In this document: positions 1 to 10,607 of the stretch, piece by piece
How positions within the stretch are numbered: position 1 is the first letter of the stretch
How the letters are laid out: every line of letters starts with the position of its first letter
NCBI GenBank assembly: GCA_020891255.1
Contig: BQFW01000015.1
Span: 558,001-622,000 of the forward strand
Direction: 5' to 3'
Length of the DNA stretch: 64,000 nt
Origin: Entomortierella parvispora E1425
Lineage: Eukaryota > Fungi > Mortierellomycota
Notes under the pieces: model-generated
Databases searched by the model: none
What the model was told of the DNA's origin: nothing
The model's input: the letters and a program-made list of their open reading frames with translations, nothing else
Program-made: the position numbers and the translations under genes

Positions 1-3000
1 CCAGAACTTCACGAGCGTCTGCGGAGTTTTGCAGCTGACCATTCCTCGGGATGCCTTCCTGACTTCGCTATGCAAGAGCTGCTTGCCTGTTTTGCCGGCA
101 CTGGATCAGAGGGCTGGATCATCTGCAGGACCCAGCTCAACATCAGAAGTCGTTGTGCCCAACATCACAGACAAAAACATGTACTGCTTACGTATTCTTC
201 TTAATGTTGCCCAGTACCTCGGAGGAACTTTGTTCGACAGCTGGTACCTTCTCCTTGAGACAATGCAGCAGGCTGAGCATCTCTTGACGGCGAAGTTGCA
301 CAGGGCTAGCTCTTCTAAGAAACAAAACGTCGGCAATTTCGGAACAAACGTACCAGGGTCGAAGACACTGTCGCCATCTCAGTCGAACCTTCAGCGAGCA
401 ACAAACAACACCATCGACTATGCCGGGTTAGCTGCAGGGTCTTCCCATCACGAAGCCGACGTGCTGGCATTGCTGGCTTCATTCAAGCAGCTTTTCGATT
501 TGTCTGTTCATTTGGATTTGCTCTCATTCCAGAGCTTTACCCGGGCGCTTTGCAAGCTCGGGGCTGCTGGCAGCGGTCTCCCTATACAGGACGGCAAAGG
601 AACAACGGCGACTCCTTTTCTTAAAGGACTGCGGCATGTCAATGTAAGTTGTGATGCGATACTTATAGGGGTCCACAATCATCAAGGTTCTCATATGTCA
701 CATTCAATTTTTTTTATAGAAATCAGAGGAAAAGTCATTTGCTATCGAGAAGCTGCGATACGTCTGCCTTCTTAATGTTGGCCGCATTGCAACACCTGAG
801 AATGGCACCACCGTCTGGGGAAGTAGCATTGGATATCTGATCGAAACAGCCAACCACCCGACCCCGTCCATTAGGATTCGAATGCAAGCATGCGACGCTA
901 TTTCTGATATTATTATCGCAGCAATGGCGTATGCCGAGCAAAATTCGATGGCCAAACAGGAGGAGACTCAAATGCGGGTGATGAGAAATTTGCGGGAGCT
1001 CATCCAAGGTCACCCTCATGCGCTGGTTGAAATTCAGCGTATGGGTCTTGAAACCCTGAACAAGCTTCTTCAGACATCGGGTCAGTCCCTGTCGTTTGGA
1101 TGGGGCATCATCTTCGAGATGATTCAGGGCTCTATTGCGTCCAAGACAGTCCCTGAGACCTCTCCTGAGCAACCAGAAGAGTCTTCAACTGCCGTGGCTA
1201 CAAAGTCTGCTGGACTTGTTCGTATCGCATTCCCTTGCCTTCAGCTGATCTGCACCGACTTTCTATCCCTCCTGAACGCCAAGAATATGCAGCTGTGCAT
1301 CGACACTTTGGCTGCTTTTGGTCATCAAACCGAGGATCTTAATATCGCGTTGACCTCTGTTGGACTGCTTTGGAATATCTCTGATTTTATCCAGCAAAGC
1401 TTGCGTGACCTGAATCAGGAACATACCCCAGAGGCAACAACAAATGGAGACACTGCTGCGGGCGCCGTGGACGAAATTATACTGCTGTTCCCCGACCCCG
1501 AGCTCTCATATGGCAATCTTAGTGGACTCTGGATGCTTCTCCTTTTCAAAATCTCGACCTTGTGCTCGGACATTCGGCCTGAGGTACGCAATGGAGCCAT
1601 CCAAACGTTGCTTAGGACAATCCAGATCAATGCCACTGGATTGAGCATGCGTGCCTGGCGCCAATGTGTTTGGAAGATCTTGCTGCCACTGCTAGACAGC
1701 ATTCAGACTGCCTCCTGCAGAAAAGTGGAGGAAGTTCCAGAGCCAGTGAGCACAGGAGCCTTTGTAATGCGCAACGACTCGCCTACAAAGCAGTGGGATG
1801 AGACACATGTGTTGCTGTACAGTGGACTCTCGGACGTTTTCCAAAACTTTTTCCTGCAATTAATCAGACTGGATGACTACCTGGAGGCCTGGGTTTTTTT
1901 GATGGAACATTTGGAAACGGCATCATTGTTTTCTTCTCCTGATGTGGCTATTGCTGCTCTGAAGGGAATTCAAATGATGATGAAGGTCCCTGTAGTTGAT
2001 GACAACAGCTCCGCAGAATCTTCGCTGACTAAAGAGGAACGGGAGAATCGCCTGTCTCGTCTCTGGGACACTGCCTGGGCTACATGGGAGCGCATCGGAT
2101 GCGCCATTGTCAACCGGGACCCCTCCATCGGCAATAAGCGAGCTGATTATCACGCCAATGGTCGACCCATGACGGTGAAGTTCACTCAAGAGGCTCTGAC
2201 AGAATATGTCAACATCATGCGCTCACTCTATCCAATCCTGCAGGCCAAGTTCCGACTCGAAGATTTGCGAGCATTTTTGGACGTTATCCATTTGGTTCTC
2301 ATTTTTGATGCAAGCCCAACATATAGACCTGATGTGGATTACCTCTCACCTTTGCAATTGGCTATACATGATACCTTGACGCTTCTGGATCTGAGCTCTA
2401 TCAGCGGAGGTCCGGCTGTTGTTCTGGATCATCTGGCTGCCCAGTTTATGCTTGCTTTTGAAGGCGATTTTGGACCTGCTGGTGGCTACTCCAATACCCC
2501 TGTGAACTCAACAGGGCCTGTCCGACCAACGTATATCGCGCTATGCAAGGTGACAGTGGCAAGAATGGTTTTCTTGTTGGACAAGTACCAGCGGGATAAG
2601 GGTATCTACGCAGATGGGGTATACGCGAAGGTCCTCCGGGTAGGTTACGTTAAAAATGAAGCGTACACATGATCTGTGTAAAATGAATTAACTAACATTG
2701 ACTTATTCTCATTGTGAATAGTCCCTTGGCACTGCGATGAGGCTCCGTTACAACTGCCCACCTTCTTACAAACATATGGAGGATATCCCGCTCTGGAAGA
2801 TCGCTACTACGGCGTTCCTAGAGTGCATCAAGACTGGCGTCGGTGTTGTCGAGGGACTTGAGAATGGTAACTGATGCATTTCCTATTAACATTAGTGTTG
2901 CTTACCTTGCTATATATGCCTATGTGAGCACAGATTTCATGTCCTAATTCCTCATCTTCAAATACATGATAGACCTTTCCGATAGTCGGTTCATGGAAAT

Positions 3001-4069
3001 TTGGCAGGAACTAGTTATTTTGTGCCGAGGCACAATGGCACCTGCACTGTAAGTAGAGAGTCGATGAATTACAAGGACACAAACATTTGCTATCCAATAT
3101 ACTAACCTGGTTGCTATGTTCATAAATACTTAGCCCAATTTCTCTTACGGAGATGTCGCTCAAAAACCAGGCGATGGACGAGTCATTTGACCTTGTTTTC
3201 CTTCACGGATTGCGCACTAAAGTCTTTTTCAGGATGGGGTATCACCGTGTTCCCTTGGCAACATTGAGCGAACTGACCCAGATCCTGGATCAGGCAGCCA
3301 ACTTGTACATTCTTTCGACAAGAACCCCCGCATCAGACGTGATCACCTCAGCTTCCATCGCCTCGAGATCCTCCTCCTCGAACGGTCTGAACAAAAACGG
3401 CACAGATTCCAAAGGCACCTCTCTGGATGACGCTCAACTAGACATTATCCAAGGGCTCGGGATCACTTTACATTCAACAGCCAACACCATGGTTCCAGTT
3501 CGCCGCGAGAGATTTGCGTTTGCTTCGCTCGAGATCTTGTTTGATCTATGTGCTTTTGAGGAGAAAAAAGTCGTGGGTGTCTCTCGTGTGGAGACCGAAC
3601 TTCGTCATCGCACTGCTGCTGTCGCCACACCGGTGCTGATGCAGCGTTGTCATGGACTACTCGATGCGTACAGTGCTGATCAGGCCTTGCTGGGCAAGTG
3701 TCCATTCCCGCGACTGCGTCACCAGGAGATCTCGTTGGTCTTGCAGCGATTGAACAACCTCCGCCTTGTTCCAGGAATCTTGGACAACAAGGACCCTGGG
3801 CAGCAGCAACAGGTTGATACAGCTTCATACCCTCTTGGTAGGTTTGCTCACTGCTTTGCTCAATTTGGTAACTTGTATCTTCTTTACTTATGATAATCCT
3901 TCAAATTTTAGCTGCCATGAAACAAGCTGCGTTGGCGGGGTCCACTGCACACCTCTTTTATCTTTATGAGTCTTTGACAGAAGCCATGTACTGCCATGAC
4001 CCAGAGGTCCTTTTGCTTCTCAAGGCCTGTCTTCAAACTGCAGGACGGTCTTTGGGTCTTGTGAAATAG
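1..4069 (+). CDS. MON2: Protein MON2 homolog (ARF-GEF-like/DOPEY partner), 5'-truncated, multi-exon
   Basis: Motifs NFTSVCGVLQLTIPRDAFLTSLCK, QTEDLNIALTSVGLLWNISD, DIRPEVRNGAIQTL, QWDETHVLLYSGL and RRERFAFASLEILFDLC. GT-AG introns at about 644-719, 2640-2721, 2867-2972, 3052-3133 and 3838-3911. The last exon reads AMKQAALAGSTAHLFYLYESL...GLVK, stop TAG 4067-4069. Confidence 0.93.
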
Positions 4070-4262
4070 TGGAACCAGAAGCAATAAATGAAATGGTATA
4101 TTTTTCTTCAAAAGAGGTGATAATAAAACAAGGGCATAGTAGCTCACCGTAACAAGGAGTAAGCTTTGAATGGCTTGGCAAGTGAGAGTTGATTGTCTCT
4201 GCAAGCTTCGCCCGTCTATGGTATTGAGAGGGCGCCTTCCAATAATTTGGGCTAGCCTGAAT

Positions 4263-5802
4263 TTATTGCCTTTGTTGTGGTCGCTTGATTTTATTGGCGA
4301 CTTGACGCGGAATCATTAGGCGCGTCATACTTTGTTGAAGTTGGTCCATATCCATGGCAAATGTATCCTCTGGACGACTAGCAGACACATACGGTATGGA
4401 TGCAGGCGCAGCATTTGAAGTAGTCTCGAGTGGTCCACCTCCTCCAGTACTGTTGTGGGTATATTCCATATCCATTGATGGCCGCCTGTCTGCACTAGAT
4501 CGGCGTCTACTTTGTCCAGGGTGATTCGCAGGGGTAGTAGCAGCTGGTGCACGATATTGTTGAAAGGCCAGTTTCCGAGCTGGAGGCTGAGAAGAATCTA
4601 CTTTTGAGGGTGTAGATCTTGTCCTATCCCCTTGAGTCGCTGCAGAACTACGGTGTGCATTTCCACTGTCAAGCAAGGCCGAAGCCGTCGTTGAATTGGC
4701 GGATTGTCCTTTTCTGGTGGATGGTATTGAGACTGTTGACTTGGCTCCTGCACCTGAGGCAGGGTTGGTCAGAAGATCAACGTCCATGTCCAAAGATGTT
4801 GAATTAGACAGCTGATGCTGACCTGAAGAAGCCTTCTGTTTCCCTTGAACTCTTGAAGCCCAGAGTGCCTTCTCTTTAGCCGCCTCCTTTATCCTTTGCG
4901 CCATAGGAATCACGCCTGTAAAAACAATACTAAAGTTGAATGATCGTGGATAGTGGTGCTTGTCGATTAGGTGTTGTCGTCGTTTCTGCGAGGTCGAACA
5001 TAATCGTTCACAGCCATCAACAAAACATTGGTACTAGCAATTATAGAGGGCCAAAAAAAAAAAAGTAACGGGGAACGTCAATTTTTTTTGCAGAAGCGAG
5101 AGAAAACAAAAATCAAGACAGCAAAATATTTCGAGTAATTACTGTTTTCTGACCCTGCTCTCGCCGAATCTTGATCATGATGTCGTGTACCTCGTTAAGG
5201 TGTAGGTCCAACAGTTTCGTTCCAGGAAAGATCTTTTCGCATGACCGGCAAATATGGCGATGGTTGGTCTCGTAATGGTGCTCATACGCCGCGGTTGTTG
5301 AGAAGGTTTGCTCGCCATGACAGTGACCCAAATGGCATCTTTGGAGGTGGATTCCACTGTTAGATATGAATGAAGTTGTCAGGTGAGAAGTCAGAGTCAG
5401 GCCCCTTTAGTGCTCCATTGTGAAAAGCGAAGGATGACCGGCGGCTTACGGTCGGGCAGTGTTTTCCGTTTCTGGCAGCAAAAGGCTGCTATGCAGGTCT
5501 AGTTCTGGCATATACGCATCCTCCTCTGTGAGTCTCAACCATGATGCCTTGTATTCATAGGTGCCCTCGTCAAAAAATGGGTCGTCCTGTGGTCGAGGTC
5601 GCTTTTTGAAGTATGGGAGGTGACTTGGGTTAGACGGAGCTGTCATGCCATCCTCGTGATGGGGACCTCTGTTACTATCGACCAAAACTGAGACGGATGT
5701 ACTCTCATGGGAGGTTGGGAAATCAATGTCCATTGCGCGTTGCTTGCGGCGGGATCGCGCGAGAGGTGATGTACATTCATGCATTGATGTCTCCAGTGAC
5801 AT
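4263..5802 (-). CDS. ZNF511-like C2H2 zinc-finger protein, 3 exons
   Basis: The spliced product contains CHLGHCHGEQTFSTTAAYEHHYETNHRHICRSCEKIFPGTKLLDLHLNEVHD and YQCFVDGCERLCSTSQKRRQHLIDKHHYPRSFNF, the three-finger pattern of the ZNF511 family. First ATG at 5802 (the ORF-track start at 5835 is TTG). Donors GTAAGC (about 5449) and GTAATT (about 5140). Confidence 0.85.
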
Positions 5803-6239
5803 ATAAGCCACCTGGACAACTGCAATTGGTGGCAATTTTTTTCTTCACTTTGTGTTGACGCACAGGGGGTTCGTGCTTTCCTGGTTCTCACCTCCACACA
5901 CCCCCTCCTCGCTCATACCCCAGAATACTTCCAGGATACAGTAATGTAGATGTAGACGAGAGTAAATATTAATGATATATCAAGCTGGAGAGCAGCCATT
6001 TCGTTTTATGGAATCCTGCTGAACGCGTTGCGGAACAGTCCATGGATTGAAAAAAAAAAAGGTGACTGCGCCTGTGGCCAATTGGGCAATGTCGCGTCTT
6101 TTCATTGGGCGCGTGCCACGCTTTTTTTTCTTCTTCTGGACATCGAGTAATTCACAAGTTTCGACAAACCCTTGTCCACACACCCTTTGTGCAATCATCA
6201 ACACAGACACAGCATACACACAATACACATACACACACA

Positions 6240-7892
6240 ATGTACTACACAAATCTCCGCCGACTGTCGGTCCTGCAAGGACCTCGTTCTCTGTTGAATC
6301 GCAGTAGACGTTTCTCGGTCCAGACTGGGGCCATCCAACCAATGTCTCTTAGCAAGAGATCGGCTTTGCGAATGCCTACGTACTCGCCTCAAGAGCTCCA
6401 CGCCATGTCTTCAGCAGATCTTAAGTCACTCATGAAGGAGAATGGTCTTCGATATGCTGGTGAAAAGTCGACCTTGGTTGACCGGGCCACACGTTACGTC
6501 TATCAAAATCCAACGGTTTCTACCTCGTCGTCCAGCCGTCTTCATCCTCATCTTTCTTCCAAAGGACAGCGAGCCACTGTTCAGCGCAAGCCAGCAACGA
6601 CCGCTTCGTCGGTTTCAAAGAAGTCGTCCTCCACAAGAAAGCCTTCAGCCCAGAGAGCCCAGATGAAAGAAATCCCACACCAGGAGATTTTTGGTCATGA
6701 TCACGACTTTGGTACAAAGTTGGCGGCCCGGGCTCACTTTGAAGGCTCTTCCTTGTCGTGGGCCGCACCAGCGCCAGCACCTCCAGTCCCCCAGCCCAAC
6801 ATGTTTTCTGCAGCTCAAAAGTCCACTGTAGCCTCCATCAAGGCGAAGCATGCAGCCGCCTTGAGCAAGTCTACAACCACAAAGACATCTACCCCAGCGG
6901 CACATCTGGCGAATCATAGCAGCGCCAGTCCAGCCAAGGTTAAGGAAGCGCCCATGACCACTGTCAAAGCAGCAGCCCATCACGCTGATCATTCGGCAAA
7001 GCCTACCGCTCAACAGAATGCCACCATCACTGCCAGCAAGAGTAAGATCAATGCTGTCGCTGAAGCAAAAGAGGGCTACCAGACTAAGATTTCGTCATTT
7101 CATCTCGCTACGATGCCCAAGGAAGGTGAAGTCAAGAGTGGTGCTGGGGCTCTGAATAAAGTCGAAATCAAGAGTGGAGCCACCACGCCTTCAAAGGTTG
7201 CAGACTCCACAAGGACCACGATCAGGAGCGCTGCAGCTGCCCTGCTGCGCGAGAAAACGACCACCTCTCCTTCTTCGCCAATGTCTATTTTCGACCTTCC
7301 CAAAGTGGCACAGCCTCACTTGGAGAAGCAGATCTTCCAGGCATCCGAGTCGGCACCAAAGACTTCTGTTTCAAAGACATTCTCTTCGCTCGCACCAAAG
7401 AAGACCGTTCAGCCCCCTGCATCTACCTCCGCTACTCACACAAAGCCTGTGATGTCGGAAAAGGCAACTGCCGCCTCGACTGGGGGGGCGTCAACAGGTG
7501 CCAAAGTTAGCAGCAGTAGCAGCGGCAGTAGCGGAGGTATGGGCCGAAATGAGATCAAACAGACGTCGCCATCCGAGGCCTCATCTTCATCGTCCACTCC
7601 CTCCAAGTCCTCTTCGAGCGCATCGTCCTCCGAGAGTAAGGCTGGGCCTTCCTCCTCCTCCTCCTCTAACAAAAAGGCGGAGAGTAGTGATGGATGGTCT
7701 TCAGACAAGATTCCAACGAGCACCTCGGCTTTCCCTGCTCTCCTCGGATTGGGCGTGATTGCCTGGTTCATCGCCGGCAAAAGAGATCGCTTTTTGCAGG
7801 CTGAGGCACGCAAGAGAGAGGAAGAGCGTAGACTGCACGCCAAGCGTCGTATGCAGATCAACGAGAGTGCTGAAGAAGTAGTCCTTTTGTAA
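6240..7892 (+). CDS. SAP-domain protein with Arg-rich presequence-like N-terminus, S/T/A/K-rich linker and C-terminal TM helix (Aim34-like architecture)
   Basis: ATG at 6240. SAP-like motif LHAMSSADLKSLMKENGLRYAGEKSTLVDRA; hydrophobic segment AFPALLGLGVIAWFIAG followed by a basic coiled tail. Intronless ORF. Confidence 0.75.
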   Translation: MYYTNLRRLSVLQGPRSLLNRSRRFSVQTGAIQPMSLSKRSALRMPTYSPQELHAMSSADLKSLMKENGLRYAGEKSTLVDRATRYVYQNPTVSTSSSSRLHPHLSSKGQRATVQRKPATTASSVSKKSSSTRKPSAQRAQMKEIPHQEIFGHDHDFGTKLAARAHFEGSSLSWAAPAPAPPVPQPNMFSAAQKSTVASIKAKHAAALSKSTTTKTSTPAAHLANHSSASPAKVKEAPMTTVKAAAHHADHSAKPTAQQNATITASKSKINAVAEAKEGYQTKISSFHLATMPKEGEVKSGAGALNKVEIKSGATTPSKVADSTRTTIRSAAAALLREKTTTSPSSPMSIFDLPKVAQPHLEKQIFQASESAPKTSVSKTFSSLAPKKTVQPPASTSATHTKPVMSEKATAASTGGASTGAKVSSSSSGSSGGMGRNEIKQTSPSEASSSSSTPSKSSSSASSSESKAGPSSSSSSNKKAESSDGWSSDKIPTSTSAFPALLGLGVIAWFIAGKRDRFLQAEARKREEERRLHAKRRMQINESAEEVVLL

Positions 7893-8044
7893 ATAGCGCT
7901 TTCACTTCATGATGTTGTGTATTTCCGACACTACAAATAGAAAAGACCTTTTGGGAAAAAAAAAATGACAGAACTGCAAGTTGCACAAGAACGATAATAG
8001 GTCTCTTTCCCTTTTTTTTATTTTTGTACAAGGGTGCTATACTT

Positions 8045-8917
8045 TCAATAGCCATAGGCTGGTTGCTGTGCCCATTGTTGCTGTTGTTGCATTTGCTGTT
8101 GTTGCTGTTGCTGCTGCTGGAGGTATAGGTGGTGTTGCTGCTGTTGCTGCTGCTGCTGGATTTGATATGACGCTGGGAGTGAGGTGGGCATCGGAGAGAT
8201 GACTGGATCCTGATAGACCCTATCCGAGAATCGTTCCTCATGCTGCTGTTGCTTTTCCTCGTCTTCCTTGGCGTCCTTGTACGGTTTTGGCTCCTCCTCC
8301 TCCTCATGCTCTCCAGCGCCTTTCAAATTCTTGCCCTCCTCCGAGTCCTCTTCCGCACGTCGGTATTGCGAAGGTGTCATGGAGAGTGCATAGGTGCCTC
8401 CGACCTGCTTTCCCCTCTTCTTTCGATCCTGCACTGATCGTCTGACTGAAAAGACCATGAGCAGGACAGCCATGGCTCCAAAGAGCAAGGCCGACACAAG
8501 ACAAAATGCAGTGGAGGCAAACATGGCCTGACAGGCACGGGTATAGTTTTTGTCGTCGGTATCTTTTCCGCTGGGAAGAACTTTACAAGAGATATGGCTC
8601 ATGTTGTTGGGAGGACGGATAATCGCTCCTACTCCTGCAAGGGCCCACAGGGCGGTGGCAAAAAGAACCCAGGCCGATTCGATAATGGTGCGGACGGTCT
8701 TGCCAGATTTGTGACGCAGGGCCAGAAAGATGGTCATGAGGAGGCTGATGATAGAGAAGGCAAAGGTTCCCAGGGCAATCGGGGATAGGGACCCGGCCTC
8801 GGGTGAATGGGGGTAGGCAGAGACATAGAGGCCACAGCAGATGGCGACGATGAGCACGGCAAAGAAGGTCAGAATCTGAACCACGAACAGGGATATAGAT
8901 GTCGGTGAGAGTTGCAT
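8045..8917 (-). CDS. MARVEL-like four-TM membrane protein with Gln-rich C-terminal tail
   Basis: ATG at 8917 (MQLSPTSISLFVVQ). Four hydrophobic segments, a Cys pair in the loop (SCKV...RACQAM) typical of fungal MARVEL proteins, and a polyQ tail. Confidence 0.75.
   Translation of the reverse strand: MQLSPTSISLFVVQILTFFAVLIVAICCGLYVSAYPHSPEAGSLSPIALGTFAFSIISLLMTIFLALRHKSGKTVRTIIESAWVLFATALWALAGVGAIIRPPNNMSHISCKVLPSGKDTDDKNYTRACQAMFASTAFCLVSALLFGAMAVLLMVFSVRRSVQDRKKRGKQVGGTYALSMTPSQYRRAEEDSEEGKNLKGAGEHEEEEEPKPYKDAKEDEEKQQQHEERFSDRVYQDPVISPMPTSLPASYQIQQQQQQQQHHLYLQQQQQQQQQMQQQQQWAQQPAYGY
8076..8158. repeat. Coding CAG/CAA microsatellite (polyglutamine)
   Basis: Plus-strand TGC/TGT triplet runs encode the QQQQ tracts of the MARVEL-like protein. 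Confidence 0.85.
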
Positions 8918-9691
8918 AGTGGTGGGGATGTGATGAGCAAATGAAGAAAACAAATGGATTGGATGTGGACCCATGAATGGACACAAAAGATAAAGAAAAA
9001 GAGCACTGCCACAGCACAACAGAATGAACGAAAGAGCTCCATTTCCTGCGTCCTTGCCCCGCGTGCTTTGGTCTGTGCGGCGCGCCTAATCCCAGGGAGC
9101 GCGTTTCTTTTGGTCTCCACCCCCCAGCGAGCCTCATCATGCGCGCTCCACTCAGGCTGTCTGTGTCAAGACGCCTGCTCACTGTCGGACTAGTCGCTCT
9201 TGCGCTGTGTTTCCGACCCATTTATCAAAATTGCGGATCTCGCATGAAGGACCCTATCGACCTCTTTGGAGATTCCCAGCAGATCCTCGAGCCTGAATCT
9301 GAAGTAATCTGCCAACTTTCTACGAAGGCACTGATGCCTGCAATAGCATTCAAGCTAGAGCTAAGTAAATACTTTGCATATACATCATGCTTTACCGACA
9401 TGGACCATGTAATTTTCTCCTGACTTTGCCTTCTTGATCATGTGAGATTACACAAAACCAGCGCTGACGAACTTTTCTCTGCAACTCCGGCTTCTGAGAC
9501 GGTTGTGTCAGCCAACTCCACCTCGGCCATCTCCACGCTGACCGACTCTTCACCGACCAGCTCCCGTGTGTCTGACGGCAACATTATAAAAAGCTGTTGG
9601 TTTCGCCTCCACTAGCATAATCTTGAGTCCCCTAATCATCCTAAAGCCTCACCCTAAAATACTCAACAGCTGGAACTGGCCAATATTGAAT

Positions 9692-10187
9692 ATGCACACT
9701 ACATCGATTTTTTTGCGTAAGGTCACCATTGCTCTGGCTATCATCTTCGGGATTGGCGTTGTTGTGCCTACCCACCAGGCGATACTCGGAACTCTCGTGA
9801 TATGTCATGGCACTGAACCCATCACCTACTCGCTAAGTCTAACGTATTAGTATCGAGGGCACGCTGGGGCCCTGTCTGTCAACGGACACATCCATCGTCG
9901 GTGGGTCGTACAGATCGCAAATCAGCAACCCCGGATTGTCCTGCGCGACCCTGTTGGAGGAAGAGCGTGGAGAAAAGATAATCGTTTGGAACAATGGGAA
10001 GAGCAGCACGACCAAGACTGTTACCAATATTAACGGGGAGACCATCACCACCTTCAAGGGCACCATCACTGCTGGAGAGCTCCAAGGCAGTCCGGTCATT
10101 GCAGTGGTAGTGCACCCGACGCTTGACATCTTGGGATGCGGTGGGGTCTCTTCGGTGAGCGGTTTGGTCACCCTGACAATCCTGTAG
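9692..10187 (+). pseudogene. Frameshifted small secreted 4-Cys protein resembling an actinobacterial/myxobacterial hypothetical secreted family
   Basis: Signal peptide MHTTSIFLRKVTIALAIIFGIGVVVPTHQA, then CHGTEPITYSLSLT, stop at 9848-9850. A second frame (codon ATC at 9852) continues IEGTLGPCLSTDTSIVGGSYRSQISNPGLSCATLLEEERGEKIIVWNNGKSSTTKTVTNINGETITTFKGTITAGELQGSPVIAVVVHPTLDILGCGGVSSVSGLVTLTIL*. No plausibly sized intron restores the frame. Confidence 0.7.
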
Positions 10188-10607
10188 CCAGGGCAACAAC
10201 ACACATCTCGGCTGAGTTGATAATGAAAATGGAGAGTGGGTGCTGGGCCGTCATCCGATATTTGTTATGATGCAATAAAAGAGAGTGGGTACCAGAGGCA
10301 GGAACTTCATGGGATTACAAAATACTTCCTAGTAGTCTTGTAAATGGAGAGGCGTATCAGGAGGGACGAGCACGAGACCAGGGCCAGCAACTGGTTCGTG
10401 AAAAAGCTGTGGTCGTCATGCCCTCCCGGGTCTGTGCGTGTCTCTCATTTTTTTTGGTTCTTCCCTTTCCGCGCCTTTTAACCCTTTCGGCCGTCCCGAC
10501 ACTTTCTCCATCCCATCAACCCATCCCGCTAATTCCTCACCGACGACATCACTGCTATCAGTTTTCACCCTCCCAACAACCATCCTGAATCTCCACACTG
10601 GGTCGTC

